Shown here piece by piece: positions 1 through 15,331 of a stretch of 64,000 nt of DNA; positions within the stretch are counted from its first letter, which is position 1, and each line of letters begins with the position of its first letter. Made by a program: the position numbers and the translations under genes. The notes beneath the pieces were generated by a model. It searched no databases. It was not told the DNA's origin and was given only the letters and a program-made list of their open reading frames with translations. This stretch comes from Chrysomallon squamiferum (lineage: Eukaryota > Animalia > Mollusca). The stretch is taken from the NCBI GenBank assembly GCA_012295275.1, contig CM022667.1, positions 1,054,001 through 1,118,000 on the forward strand, in the 5' to 3' direction.

Positions 1-65
1 ATGGTCTTTCAAAAAAAAAAAAAAAAAAAAAAATAAAAATATGAAGACTTCATTTATTGTATATA

Positions 66-96
<31 letters not shown>

Positions 97-621
97 GTGT
101 ATGTGTGTGTGTATGTATGTATGTATGTATGTATGTATGTATGTATGTATGTATGTATGTATGTATGTATGTATGTATGTATGTGTTAGTATGTGGGTGT
201 GCTTAATGCAAAGTTCATATACAATATATATATAATATTGCAATATCACTGTTAATTAAACCAAAGCTTAAAACAATATTAATTTTCTGAAATAGTTTTT
301 TTATTGTTTATATATACTAATATATGATCCACACGGTAGTGCAAGAGTACTTTTTATTGACCACACAGACACTCCTGAATACAGTATTCATTTGCTGATA
401 TAGAATATATTCTATACCATTTCCATTCATAAAAAAAACTGCTTATAAATACAGTCTATTATAGTTAATGCTTAATACTGTGTTAATTTTCTGATGGAGT
501 AAGCACTGTGTATTGTAATCTACACTACATGTAATATAATGGTTTATTGATGACTTTCCATAAAGATACAGCTTAATGGAATATTCATTTACTGATATAG
601 TGTATATATATGATATGGGAT

Positions 622-656
<35 letters not shown>

Positions 657-959
657 TGGTAAATGAATATATAATAAAATTGTTTACTGATAATCTTTGT
701 TTGATGTTGTTAATTTTTTTTAATGTTTAGAGTCCATTCCTTGTATTACTAGCATGGGAGCTCATCAAACATGTGCAGACCTTTGTAACGTTTCTGATAC
801 TTACATACACAGATACAAACAGACTAAGACATACATGTGCACAAACACCAACCAATCTATATAATCTTTTCACACACACACACACACACACACATGCACT
901 CACTCACACATTCACACAACAGACACACACTCAAACATACAATATAAAAGTTAACTGAA

Positions 960-1480
960 AAAAAAATAAAAACTGATGTATGAAAAATTTTGATGGTATA
1001 AGTCATGCACTGAATCATATCTGATTGGAATGGGAAAAAATAGTAATAATATCTTATTAAAAACAAAAACAAACATATGTCATTTAGTCAGACATAAGGA
1101 GCTGATATAGAAAAATAAACTGCAATAATATTCTCTTAAAAAAAACATGAGCTATTCAGTGAAGTTAGAATGGGAAAAAAGTATTGTGATGTTCTACCTA
1201 AAAAATCAAAAATAAATATAAGTCATTCAGAGAGAGATACGAAACTGAAATGGAAAAATAAAATGTAATAATAATCTATTAAAATCAAAAACAAACATAA
1301 ATCATTCAGCTGACTGAGATTAGAATTGGAGGAGAAGAAGGCAATGATAAATTTTAAAAACCAAAACAAACAGAAGCCATCCACTGCATCAAAATGATAT
1401 TGGAATGGAAAATTACAGTAATGATGTTCTTCTATTAAAAACAAAAACAAAAACAAAAAAATAGTAATTTTTCTATAATA
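960..1480. repeat. Degenerate tandem repeat, unit roughly 120-140 bp
   Basis: Recurring TTRGAATGGGAAAAA...TAATA...TTAAAAACAAAAACAAACATA...CATTCAG blocks. Confidence 0.6.
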
Positions 1481-2684
1481 TATCGATCCCATTGACCCGT
1501 TTTAATTCTGGAAGCAGTTGGCACCAAAGTCCAATATCAATGCTTTATCAATTTGAAGAGGGTAAATGCCTATTCGTTTTTGTCATTTTAAAAACACATT
1601 TCCCAACCAGCCACCAGAAAAGTGAAACTGACATGCATTTATTACCAAGAAGAGAAGAAATTGTGCCAAGTCTTCGAGAGATGAGGAAATTGGGGACACA
1701 CACACACACACACATGCGAATTAATGATTCCAAATGAGATTTTTGTCATGGTGACAACCAGGAATTCACACACACAGCTCCAAAGTACCCCAGGGAGAAA
1801 TCCAATATGGCTGTCCCGTAGTTACCAAGTCGTTTTCAATAAATGCAACCATTAATCACGACAAAATGAATTCTGACTTCAAGAAACTCTTACTTAGTGC
1901 TCGTAGCTTTGTCTGAATTTGCATAATTTTGCATAATTGATGATTTTTTAATTGTAAAGTCCATTTTGACTTGTTTCCTTTCCTTAATTATATATCATTT
2001 AGATTATCATTTTGTGTCCCTATTTTGTATTTACAAATCCCTTTTTGATATTTATTTAATTTTCCATCATTAATAATAAATAGTATTTTGATATTTTATA
2101 TCAGTTCTGTTCCTGACTGTCAATTCCATTTCAATATTAATTTGATTTCTTTTCTTTTCTTTCTTTCTTTATTATCATTAATATTATTTATTTATTTATT
2201 CAACTAACTATTCAAAAGAAAAAAGAAAAAATAATTAGAATGATAAAATGGAATGATAATGTTCCTATATAAATACAAAATAAAGAATATAAAAGAGAAG
2301 AAAATACATTATAATTTAATTCAAATTTTACTTTTCTTATTGTAAAAAGTACATCTATTTTATTTAAAAAAAAAAAATTTAAATTAAATGCAAAACAAAA
2401 TTAAAACAAAATCATGTTTTATACATTAATTATTCTTCATGACTTTCCTTATACTCAAAACTAAAAAAAAAACACAAAAAAAAAAAAAATCAAAATAAAT
2501 AAATAAATAAATAAATAAAATTAAATAAATAATAAAATAAAAAAATATATAAATAAAATTCTCCATAACTCTTTTCTTTATATTCTTTTGATTTTAAAAT
2601 ATATTTCCTTTGTTATTTTATTTATCTTTATTCTCTTCTATTTTCTTTAATCAATAACTAGCTAGATCAGTTGTTAACAAGAAA

Positions 2685-3320
2685 AGAGAAAATAAAGAAA
2701 AAGAAAATGAAAAGCTAAAACAAAATTGAGCAAAACCTTCATTTTCCTTTTTAATAATTTTACTAGCTACATCTATTCTTAAAAAAAGAAAAAGAAAATG
2801 AAAAGCTAAAACAAAATCCACAAGAACATTTTCTTTTATATTTTTAAATATTTTTTACTCAGTTGTAAAAAAAAAAAAAAAAAGGTGAAAGAAAGAAAAT
2901 GAAAAGCTAAAACAAAATTGAGCACAACCTTCATTTTTAATAATTTTACTAGCTACATCAATTCTAAAAAAATTTTGAAAATAGAGAAAAATAAAGAAAA
3001 TAAAGAAAAAGAAAATGAAAAGCTAAAATCAAAATCAAGCATTCATAAATTTTCTTTATATTATCTTTTTTATGTAAACTGATAACAAAGTATATCATTA
3101 AAAACAAACCAAAAAAAATTGTAAAAAACAAAATCCAACATAAAACTCTTTTCTTTATATCAATTTTTTTCTTAATTATTATTATTTTTTTTTAAACTGA
3201 TACCTAAATCAATTTTTTTTTTATTAAAAAAAAAAAAAAGGAAACAACAAAAAAAAAAAAAAAAAAGAAAGCAAAAGAAAGAAAAAAGAAGAAAATGAAA
3301 AGCTGAAAGAAAATCCAATG
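2685..3320. repeat. Degenerate tandem repeat with core AAAGAAAATGAAAAGCTAAAACAAAAT, about 5 copies
   Basis: Core recurs at about 2700, 2790, 2891, 3008 and 3290. Confidence 0.75.
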
Positions 3321-3968
3321 TAACCCTTTCTGTGATCACTGAGTTCATTTTACGAAAACCCTTTTGATTAACTGATGCCATCGTGTTTTTGCTTCGCTTG
3401 GCAGCTCGCGCAGGATGAAGACTGGTGACTTCGGTGTAATTAGAGATCAGGCTGGACCAGCATTGTAATGACAGGGATTCCAGCGGCTAATCAAACGTCT
3501 TGTTATCGATTCCCCACTCGTGTGTGTGTGTGTGTGTTTGTGTGTGTGTCGCCGTCTACCAAGAAGCTGCAGCCGTAGTCGAAGTCTCGTAGCAGTCGCA
3601 TCCTCCTCGACCTCGGCGCAGGGGTGCTGTCGGGCTGATTGATCCTGCACTGTCACTAGTGATTGTGATCTGGGCTTGTGAAACAAATCGCGGAGACAAG
3701 TGAAACGAGTGAAACAAGCGACGTGTAATTAAAGTGACACAGTTGACAGTGTTGACAGCCCAACTGTCTGTTTGGATGTCCGTCCTGCGACGTCAGGTTG
3801 AGTCATCTGTGTTATTATTCATTTTGTTGCAATATACTGATTAATGGGATGCCTGCTTGTTTATTTATTTATTTATTTATTTATTTATTTTATCTATTCT
3901 TCCCAATCTGATCTAAAATCTCAAAAAAAAAATTATTCTATTTTTAAATACTGTTTCAAATTTTCACA

Positions 3969-4043
<75 letters not shown>

Positions 4044-4334
4044 CTATACAGTTTCTAATATTATTCTCTGTTATGACTAAAACCACAGTGTACTTTGTCT
4101 TACACTCTACCTCTAACCAACATGAAGGCAACCACTTTCCACAAATCACTCACTTTTCTCTAAAACTCTGAATCCATTTATTCATTCAGCTGTTAACAGC
4201 CACTGGTGTCTTAATCCACAGTAAAATACCACGTTTGTTGCATGTGAGATGAAGATAAATCCAGCACCATTATCATTAGAATGTTTATGTTTAATGAATT
4301 AAGAGATAATCTTTGGACTCGACTGGTTAATGTT

Positions 4335-5905
4335 TCCTTGAAAAATAACATTAAAATTGTTTTATATTTTACATTTGTACAGTTCCTAGAAAAATAACAT
4401 TCTTGATCTTTGTATTTTGTATTTTCACAGTGTGCTAGAAAAACAACATTAAAAAATCTTATGATTTTACATTTTTACAATTATATTAAAGTCTTCACAG
4501 TTTTTGTTTTACAAATTTACAGAAGATAATATGAAACTAACCGTATCTTGAATTTTTACAATATTATTAAAATCATCAAGTTTGTTTTGTGTTTTTACAT
4601 TTTTACAGTGATCTAGAATTTAACATAAAATTCCTTGCATTTTTACAATATTATTACTAATATTGTGCCCAGGAAAAGTAACATTAAAACCTTTGTATTT
4701 TACAATTTTTTATTACTTAAATTAAGAAAAATTTAAAATTTTCACACTTTCAACTGAAAAAAGATTTAGAAATCTGTTTATGCAGTTGTTGTTTTTCCCA
4801 TTCCAACTTATGCAGGTGAGCTTAATGCTTTAAGGCTAGGTGAAAGACGATGGAGGGTGTCAAGTATGGGTCACTATCTGAGAGTAATTATATTAAGAAT
4901 AACAATAATTGTATTTTGCCTGAAGTGCTTATATGAACTTTGAATGACATTTAAGAGTTTTTGAAAATTAATAATAATTATTATTAAAATAATGATAGCA
5001 CTGGTGTCAAAACATCTGTCACACGATGGTATGAAATTATAAAAAGAAGATGCTTAAATATGAAAAAGTGAAGATGAAAAATTCTTCTGTTGTATGATGC
5101 TCTGAGACTGAGTCAAGAAAGCAGAAATTAAATATTAATTTGAGAACTGAAAGATATAGCAGAAAATATTATTTTTTTGTTCATTTGTTTTGTTTTTTCA
5201 AAAATAATAACAAAAAAAAAAAAAAAAATAAGATGTAACAAAATTTTTGATTTACTATGTTCAACTCTAGCCCCACACATTTCCAAAAACAATAATTACA
5301 AATAATAAAAATAACAGAAATGATTTTGTTAGAAAAATAGTGAAATGTCTGGAATCTTAAAATCATTTGAAAAAATCTAAACAATTGTAAAAGATATTGC
5401 TATATTTTTTGTTATAAGTGGAATTTCATGTATTTCTAGTAAATTTTTAAAAATTATTATTTTTATTACATATTTGATCAATGAAAACACAATAAATTAG
5501 TAATTATATCTATAATTCTTTTGCCATTATAAACTAAAAATGTTATGGACAAAGACAGATTAAATTTTATTTTTTCTAGCATATTGTGAATATATAAAAC
5601 ATGAAGATTTTAATGTTATTTTTCTAGACACATTAATTTTAAAAAAATTTTAAAAATTAATGTTATTATTCTAAACACAAAAAAAAAAAATAAAAATAAA
5701 AAGATTTTAATGTTATTTTTCTAGATTATATAAAAATGTAAAAACATGAATATTTGTTTTTTGTTATTTTTCTAGGCCATGAAATTATAAATTTCTTCAA
5801 AAAAATATTATAAAAATATAAATCATGAATAAATTTAATGTTACATTTTTCTAGGATAATCGTAAATTTAAAACAGGAAGATGTTAGTGTAATATTTCTC
5901 TAAAC
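4335..5905. mobile_element. Foldback-like structure: inverted arrays of short subrepeats around a unique core
   Basis: CTAGAAAAATAACATTAAAA-like units recur at about 4340-4700, and the reverse complement TTTTAATGTTATTTTTCTAG recurs at about 5565-5900. Confidence 0.5.
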
Positions 5906-7684
5906 AACAACAAAACCAAAATGAAAAACAAGAAATTATCAAAATACAGAGGTGATATGAGTACACCTTTGACATTAATGTCTAAATCAGAAAAAACAAA
6001 CAACAACAACAACAACAACAACAACTCTACAGATGCCAGAATAAGAAAATTAAAGTTTTACTGCTCACTAAAACCAATAAAAAAAAAAAAAAAAACAAGT
6101 CTGGAAGCAAAATCACCATAAAATTGACAAGATGACGTCTATTTTCAGCAGAATAATCGCGTTCTTCCAACTGAAATGGCAATGAGTGTTAATTGCACTG
6201 CAAAAACCCAGTCCAATGTATTTAGTGCAATGTAGGAAGGACGTGTTCACAATTATCACTGGGAGAAATTCACTTCAGCCAATTAGAAATTACACACAAG
6301 TATTTCGAGACACAGAATGTGACAATTATGACACATGTCAATCGGAAACACTCGGATAATTTGTCTGACTGTTCGGTGAACCCAAACGTTTTACTTGATT
6401 ATGTTTTGTTGGGGGAAAATGTTTTTATTTTTATTTTATTTTTTATTTTATTTTTATTTTATTTTTTTTTTTTGATTTTCTCTTTATTGTTAATTTTTTG
6501 AAAATTGAAAATAAAAATGTATTTTTTGTTTTGTTTCATTTAATTTCTGCATAACATTTTTTTTTTTTTTTATTCTATCCTCTTTATTTTGTTTAATTTT
6601 TTAAAACTTTTTGTGGATCTCTTTTGTTTTTTCTTATTTTTTTTATTTTTCTCTTCTTTTCTTTTCTTCAACTTTAATTTTTTCATTCATTTAATTCTTT
6701 TCTTCCTTTGTTAATCTTTTGTTTCTTCCTTTAATTTTCGTTGTTTTTTTTTACTGCCTTCAGTTTTTCATTATCTTTTACTCTGTTTTTTTATCTCTTA
6801 TACAACTTTTTTTTCTACATAATTTCTTTGTTCAGTAATTGAAAATCAATGCACTGCACTTCCTTGAGGAATTAGCTATAAATTTTTAACACTTTTTGTT
6901 TCATAATGCAAAAATCCTAATTTTAAAACAACTCACGTAGAAATGGTGTATAAATTACTTTTATCTGTCCACTTGACCAGAAGTTTATTTAATTTAGAAG
7001 AAAATTAATTTCTTATTATTTAATTCCTAGATAGTACTTTCTTAATTTAAAACAGTTTTACAGGTTATTTTCTTTGTAAAGTTTTATTTATATTCTTGAA
7101 GGAATTAACTATAAAAATGCATTATACGACAAAATAATGTATTTAAGTGAAATTTCTAATTTGAAGTTTTTCTTTGATCATATAAAATTGGAATTTAAAT
7201 TTTAAAATCACTTTTCAGTTATGCACTGGGAATTATTATGCACACATCAAAAATCCCCAGCTAATTCCTATATCTTAATATCATGTAATTTCATTCTCCA
7301 TATTACTGACAGTATTAAATTTTGAATGTTGTTTGTAAAGCACAAAGATAATGTTAAATATATCACTATTTTACTATAATAGTTTTCACTTTAATGTCAA
7401 CAGTCCCAATTCCTAATATTTGCCATTTTGTTTCTTTCTTGCTAACTTCCTCTTCTAATTAAGTGAACCAGTTTCAGCTTTGTTACTGATATTATCACAG
7501 TTCAGAAACCCACCAGCAGAGTAAAATAGGGTTTAATTTTTAGGTCTTCTGTGTTGAATACCTATGTTTCATCCATGTATTAAAAGTATGAAATTAAAAA
7601 CAAAATTTGACATTAAGAAATAAAAAAATGCTAAAAAAAAGTCCCTTTAACAATGTTTACTAGAATTTACTAAAATTAATTAAG

Positions 7685-7741
<57 letters not shown>

Positions 7742-7758
7742 TTCAATAATAATAATAA

Positions 7759-7789
<31 letters not shown>

Positions 7790-9197
7790 AAAACAACAGA
7801 GCTTTAAATTACTATTTATGTAATGTCCAGAAGAAAAAAAAAAGAGAGAGAGAAAAAAAGGTAATGTCTAAAGGTTATTCAGTAATACAAGCTGGTTCTT
7901 TTAAATTAAATATATCTCAATCACAACTTCACACTGACAGTTGTTCATTCTTTGTTTTTTTCTTTCTCTGAAGTCAAAGTGTTTTTAACAAGACATTTTT
8001 TTACTACTCCCATCTCTACTAACATGGATCATCAACACATCAGTAACACAATTTTGAAAGCATTTCCAATGTTTTGCTGGTTTTGTTTGTCTTTTCTTTT
8101 TCTTTCTTTTCTTTTTTATTTTTGTGTGGCAGTTTATACAGCTAAATACAAGAATCTTGTAAATTTTCGTTTCATAGAGACATTTTCGTACATAATTTTT
8201 ACAATAAAAATGGATAAAAATGAATAATTCTTACCTTTATCATGAAAACCTTCTAGCTTGTTCTGCTGTGTGTGTATTCTCCAAATGGGTAACTCACTCC
8301 AGTTGCATTTGTCTCTCAGGAATATTTAACATTTACAAATGACTGTTTCTGAGTTTGATGGTGTCAGAAGCACACTGTCTACAAATAATTAAATTATAAT
8401 CTGAACTTCAATATCTGCCTCTACATTGTCTGCAGTCATTTACAAAGTTTTATTTTTTTTTTTTTTTTTTTTTTCAAACAATTTATTCCAATTGCAGTTT
8501 GTTGTAAAGAATATATTATTTTCAGCAGATGTCTAGAATATTATATTTTCAAACTGCTGATATGTTGTAAGGAATATGTTATTTGGCAAGTAACTGTCCA
8601 CAATAGTTTATTTCAGTTTGTGTGAGTTGTAAGGAAAATATTCTTTAATATTTGTTTCACTGTCTCATTTCCAACAAGCCACTGTTAGTTGTTCGAAAGA
8701 CACTATTTGCAACAAGTTATCCAAACAAAACATTATTCCAGTTCCAACCGCACTCAGTCATTACAAACACATTATTTCCAAATCATTCTCCAGAATATTA
8801 CAATCTCAAAAAAAAACTTCCCAAATTGAACCAATAAATCTTCAGTGTTGTGTGAGTTGAAAGATCCTTTTTCCCTATAAAAAAAAAAAAAAAAAAAAAA
8901 AGAAAAAGAAAAATTAATAAAAATTAGGACAATCCTACGAAGAGAGAAAGATCAAAAAGATCAAAACATGTAGATGAATAGATTGAGGTGAGTAGTCAAT
9001 CGTGAAATGTTTTCTCAATGTTTGCAACATAATCAATCTCGCTCTGTTATCCCACACCACCATCACATTACATAGGTGACGCAATAAATAAAACTACTTT
9101 CTCCGAACTGCTGCCACAGACAGTCCGAGTTTTTTTTAAACAGCAACCTGGCTCAAGACACAGGATAATGAAATGAAGTAATTTATTTTTTCTACTT

Positions 9198-9231
<34 letters not shown>

Positions 9232-9412
9232 TTTTTTTTTTCAGTTTTTAACTATTGTTTAAAGTTTGTTATTGTATTTTTTTTAAAAATAAAAATAGTA
9301 ATTAAAATAATAATAATAATAATAATTAAAAAAAAAAAATTATAATAATAACAATAATAATAATAATAGTAATTAAAATAATAATCATAATAATAATCAT
9401 AATAATAATAAC

Positions 9413-9443
<31 letters not shown>

Positions 9444-9575
9444 GTAATAGTTATATAACAGTATTTAAAAACAAAGGTTAATATTATATTTATTTAGCCT
9501 ACAGAACATAAACTGATAGAATAAAACAAATTAAAAGGATTTATATGTGTCTGTGTGTGTGTGTATATATATACC

Positions 9576-9680
<105 letters not shown>

Positions 9681-12600
9681 ATCGACAGAGAGAAAGAGAT
9701 TTTCAATTAGCTTGCAACAGGAAAATGTTACAAAATTCATAAATCAGAGAAAAAAATAAAATAAAAGTGTACCTTTTACCTTACAAAATGTAATTTATTT
9801 AAATTAAGAAAAGTAAATTAATAAAAATAAAAACCCACGAAAAAGTAAGAAAAAAATAACAAAAATTTTCTTTTAGCTGACAGAAAGGTAAAAAAAAAAA
9901 AAATTATGAAAATTAAAATTCCTTGCCTTTTTGCTTACATATAATTCATCTTTCAGATCTTTTCTCTCTCTCTCTCTCTTTTTTTTTTTTTTCAGTACAA
10001 TTGCAACAATTTATCTACAAGTGACAGCTTTCATAATATTTATGACAGTTTCCAATATACACACGAGCCAAGCCGAACATTGCAAGAGTAAATAAAATAT
10101 TATCTTTAACCTTCCTGCGAGAAACTGATTTGCCACTAAATAAGCCAACACCGCTGGTTCCTCCGAGTCTAATTATCACAGAGGAAACACAAAACAACGG
10201 AGAGATGTGTTTCCTCAGAAAACAGAAATGACTAATGTGGAAGAAAAAAAACCGAACCCTGGTGTACTGCCACATCAGTCTCCCACCCCTGGTGTGGTAG
10301 TGCAAGTTCACTCACTCCTTGTCAGAACGGTGAAATTCTTCCCCGCGACATTTCATCATAACCATAACACGTTACCCCGTGATGTATGGGGCTGACAAAA
10401 ACAATGTCAAAATAACGCAAGAGAATAGCATGTGAAGATGAAGGAGAATGAAAATTCATAAAACACCTGCACCCCCTTTTATTGATCGTTATCTAAAGAT
10501 AAAGGAAATATTACCTGGAGAAAGAAAAAAAACAACAACGATGACATAAAAAAAAAAAAAAAACACTCAATAACCGACATCGTCAGAATGTTTTAAGTGA
10601 CGATTTTCGTTGTTTATATTTTTGCGTTAATGTAGTAAACAGACATAATCAAAGTGGAAGCGATGTTTTCAAAACAACTAGGAAATGTGATTATAAAACT
10701 TTTAAACTCAGCACTCGACTGTCGACTCGAATCAAATTTGTCATCCTGATTTACAATGTGTTTTGTTTTTCGGCTTTTTACGTTGTGTTTTTCTTTCTGA
10801 CTCTGTTTTTGTTGTGGGTTTTCTTAAGGATTTTTTTTTTTTGCAGCAGTAGCGAAAGAAAATGCAAGGTTTTGGAAACACTAAAACCGATGATAATAAA
10901 AACAAATCCAAGAAAAATAAACCCATGTCTCTGTTAAATCACCAACTTTGTAAATATTCCAAAATTCACAGATTTGGTTTAGTGTGGTTTAAAACTTAGT
11001 CAAATAACAAATTTAAAAAAAAAAAAAAACCTCTTTTGAACTATAATCTAAGAACTTCAAATAAATATACAGATTTCACAGCAAAAATTCTAGGTTTTTT
11101 TTGTATAATTATACTTCTAAACAAAGTACTTGGAATCAAGATAATTGATTTTGCATAAAAGTAAGAAAGGTCATAGTTTAAGGAAACACTCAACACCTTT
11201 TAATCTCCAGTAATAAAGCATCATGTAGCTAAAAAACCACAGATCTGGAAAAGTCTACCATTGAAATAAATACATTCTACTTTTTCCTTTGTTTTTAAGC
11301 CCAGACTTTAAAATAAGCACAAATTAAGCACACTTATTTTCTTCAGGTACAGCGATTTTTCAGAAAATATGCTGATCAAGATAGCACTGGATAAACCTTC
11401 ATCATGATGTTTATTCAACAACTTCAAATGGTTTCCTTTAATGCTACAAATTCTTGAAAGAGGAAATGTGACGGATGAATCATAAACATTTTATTTTATT
11501 TTGTATATTTTTTTTTTGTGTGTTTTTTTTAACGTGTCCAAATGGAACATAAATTTAAAAAAGTAATATTTTAGTTTCTCAAAGTTTTGTTTTAATCTTA
11601 TCCCTCGGTGACACACATTTCACAAAATTAACCACCTCTTTCCGTTTTAATAACACTATACCGTGCAACATTAAAAAAAAAAAAAATAAAAGCACTAAAA
11701 AGAAATTCTTTAAAGATAAAGCAGGTGCCTCGGCAATAATAACAGACAGAGGAGTGATGTGTTGGCAATACAGTGTTATTAGGGATGTGAAATTTTCAGT
11801 TTAATTCTTTCTATAAAGACAGAGCGATTGGTCAGGAAGACAATAATAAAGAGGTGTAGATCAAAGAGGTGTAGATGAGTGTTGACAGATGAAAGACGCC
11901 CATCAGACACAGAGGATCTGTGGATCAGCTGTGAGCTTAAAGGTTGTTAGATGGTGGGATCATTCACTTAGTCCACCCATAAAAAGACATACAAACATAC
12001 ACACACACACAATCACTCACACACACATAAAGAATACAAGAACCAGAAATACACACACACACACACTCACACACAATACAAGCACCAGAATTAGACACAT
12101 ACCAATACATATGAATATGCACACACACATGTACACACATCACATACACAAACACATTCACACACAAACATGCAGCCATGCAGACAAATATGAATACAAA
12201 AAAAAAAAACCCAATAAACTACAGACATAAGACACAGTACTTTTCATGCTGCTATGAACAACAGAAGGATTCCAAAACTAAAACTTGGTTAAAAAGAAAC
12301 ATTCTAAAAGCTAAAAAAAAAACCCACACAACACCACAACACTGTAAAACGTCTAGGATTACATTCCAACAGTGCTGCCACCTGGCAAAAACAAGGAAGA
12401 TAATGCCACTTTAAACTGTATTTATTTACAAAATATTTACAAATATTGTCTTGGAAAAAAATTCTTACAATTTTTGGTACTCTCACACAGGGATGGGGGG
12501 AAAAAAACTGTGCCCACTTAATTGAACAAATAAACAACTCTGTTTGAGCAGACAACATCTTTTTGCATGGACTACTTCCGTACATACGACGAAGAAACAC

Positions 12601-13019
12601 CAGTCTCGCCTTGTAAATCTATCCTGTTCTAACCCCCGTGTTTTTGTGTTCTGCCAAAACACGTAGACGATTTGGATTTCAAAAACAAACACACACACAC
12701 ACACACAGCATGAAGCATGGAGTGGGAAAACAGTAATGGGTGCCACAATCAGCTGAGTATCAGTGTTTGGCTAGGTAACAATTAGCAATCTCAACATCTA
12801 GCACAATGGTATGTTTGGCATTGGCCGTGTTTTGTGATAGATATACAGTTCCAGCTTGAAAGGCTTCCTTACCTCGAAGGCTGACAAAAAGTGATTTGAA
12901 AAGACACTCGAAACCTTTGAGTAAATTTTCTTCTGTGTATTATTCCTCGTGCCTTTAGCATTCACAAAATGTTTATGCGTCAAAAGAATGCTATAGCAGT
13001 ATGTTTAGTTATGCTTTCA

Positions 13020-13053
<34 letters not shown>

Positions 13054-13572
13054 GCTATAAATAAAAAATTTGGTATGTTTTGGCTTCCTGTTTTCATTTT
13101 TTGTGGATTTATTTGGAAAGCAATAAATTAGCAGTAATTGTAAGTAAATACATTTTTATTTATACTTTTGTTCTTAACACTATCACAGAAACTGGAATGC
13201 AAATATATTTGGGACTGATAGTTACAGTCATATTTGAAGTGCATCTTTGGTTACACAAATATATTCTGCATATTTCTAAATTCATATTTTAGTTGTTTTT
13301 TTACTTGACCAGACATTCAACACATTTTTTATTAGAAGGCTATACTGTTTTGTATATAAAATGTCAAACAGCCAAAGAAACACATTATCACCATACCATG
13401 GGTTACTCTTTTTATGTGCACCTCCCCATGAGTTGGAAAATACATCTTACTTCAGAACCAAGTAATAACAGGACACTATCTTCAATGGGAAATTCAAGAG
13501 AGTGGAATTTGATGTAACTAAGTCTACAGTGTTTTCATTCTTGATAATTTTTATTCCAAAAATTGACCAAAA

Positions 13573-13603
<31 letters not shown>

Positions 13604-14409
13604 TAATAATCAAAAATCAGAAAACAAAAATAAACTCAACAGCATTTTTATTTCAATGATTTTAATTTCCAAAACTCACAAATAAAATAAAAAAAAAAGA
13701 TTAAAAAATTAAAACTAACTTAACTGAACCTACTACAGCATTTTTATTTTAAGTTTTTATAAATAAATAAATAAATAAATAAAGACAACTAATTTTATAT
13801 TTTTCTATGACTCTTTTTCAAAACCCAACACAAATATAATAATAATAATATATATATATATATATATATAATTCAATACATGAGAACTAATAACTGTTAC
13901 GAGTGTTTTGCAAATGGCCGTGTTCAAGCCTCTGCTGTACTGGGAATCCAGCAGAGAAAAACATTTAGATCCATTACAAATCAACAAACATCCCAGTAGA
14001 TGTGATGCTGAAGCAATGTGTCAGTACTGGTGCTGCGAACACAGCCAAGGTGATACGTTCATAATACACTGCTGATACACAGGATGCTACCACTCATTAA
14101 CCATGGCAAGAATAACTGGCCAATTTTTCGAGGAAAACAACAACAACAATGCAACTAAATGACTGCAATAGATATGATGTTCTGCCTAATTTTAAGCTTT
14201 TGATTTTGCTAATTAATTCAGTGGAGAGTGTCGCTGAAACATGGACTGTTAATAAATGATTGTTAAAAATTCCTGAAAAATGGTGTGAGACTAAAACACA
14301 CAAAAGGATTGGATGATTTGAGGATTGATGAGCTCCAGTATAATGATATGGTGTTTCAACATGATTTTAACATGTGCCACTACTTGTAGTCATGTATAAA
14401 ATCAGCTGG

Positions 14410-14800
14410 TTTATTTGTTACTAGTGAACAATATTTCCTAATAATAAAGTAATTATCGTGTGAGAGACACGGACACTGATATTTCATCTTCTATCATGAC
14501 ATAATTTCACGTATTTTATTTATTTCTAATTAACAGTATTTGCTGAATATATCTTGTATACTTTCAACCTGTTTTTTTATTTATTGCTATTGAACAATAT
14601 TTCCTAATAATAAAGTAATAATCTTGAAAGTTATATTTTTTAAAATATTATCATCATTTCATGTTTTATTTATTTTTAGTCTACAATATTTACTTAGCAG
14701 CTAAACATATTTTTGTACTTCCAAAATGTTATATTTATACATGGTGAGCAATGGTTGCTAATAATAAAGTAATAAGTTTCAGAGAAGTGAACATGCTCTC
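14410..14800. repeat. Degenerate tandem triplication, about 165 bp unit
   Basis: GAACAATATTTCCTAATAATAAAGTAAT at about 14427 and 14593, with a diverged copy at about 14747. Confidence 0.7.
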
Positions 14801-15292
14801 ACCAACTCATCATTTCATTTTTATTTTAAAAAAGATCCTGATAGGTTCAGATAAATCATTACATAAAATGGCCATTCCTCAGTCTGTAGGGAATTTTTAT
14901 ACATTTCTCTTTAGAAAAATGAATAGAAAAAAAAACAACATATATTTAGAAAGAGAAAATGTCACATACACATACATACATGAAGTACAACCATCCATTC
15001 CACTGTATATCTTCATATTATCTCTGAACCTGAAATGTTATTTTCTTTAATATTTATTTATTTTGTTTTTATACTTTTAGCCAGCTAATGTAAAAGAGTA
15101 CAACTCATACAATCAAAGTAAAGTACTTTCAGAAATAATGTTTTTATAATTTGTTTTGGTTATTATTATTATTATTATTATTAACAAATGCAAAATATAC
15201 CAACATTTTAATTCTAAAATAGTGTTGTGGTTTCTTAATCATGGAAATTTTGCATCTATTTTAATTAATTTATTTATTTTTATCTTTCTTTC

Positions 15293-15331
<39 letters not shown>

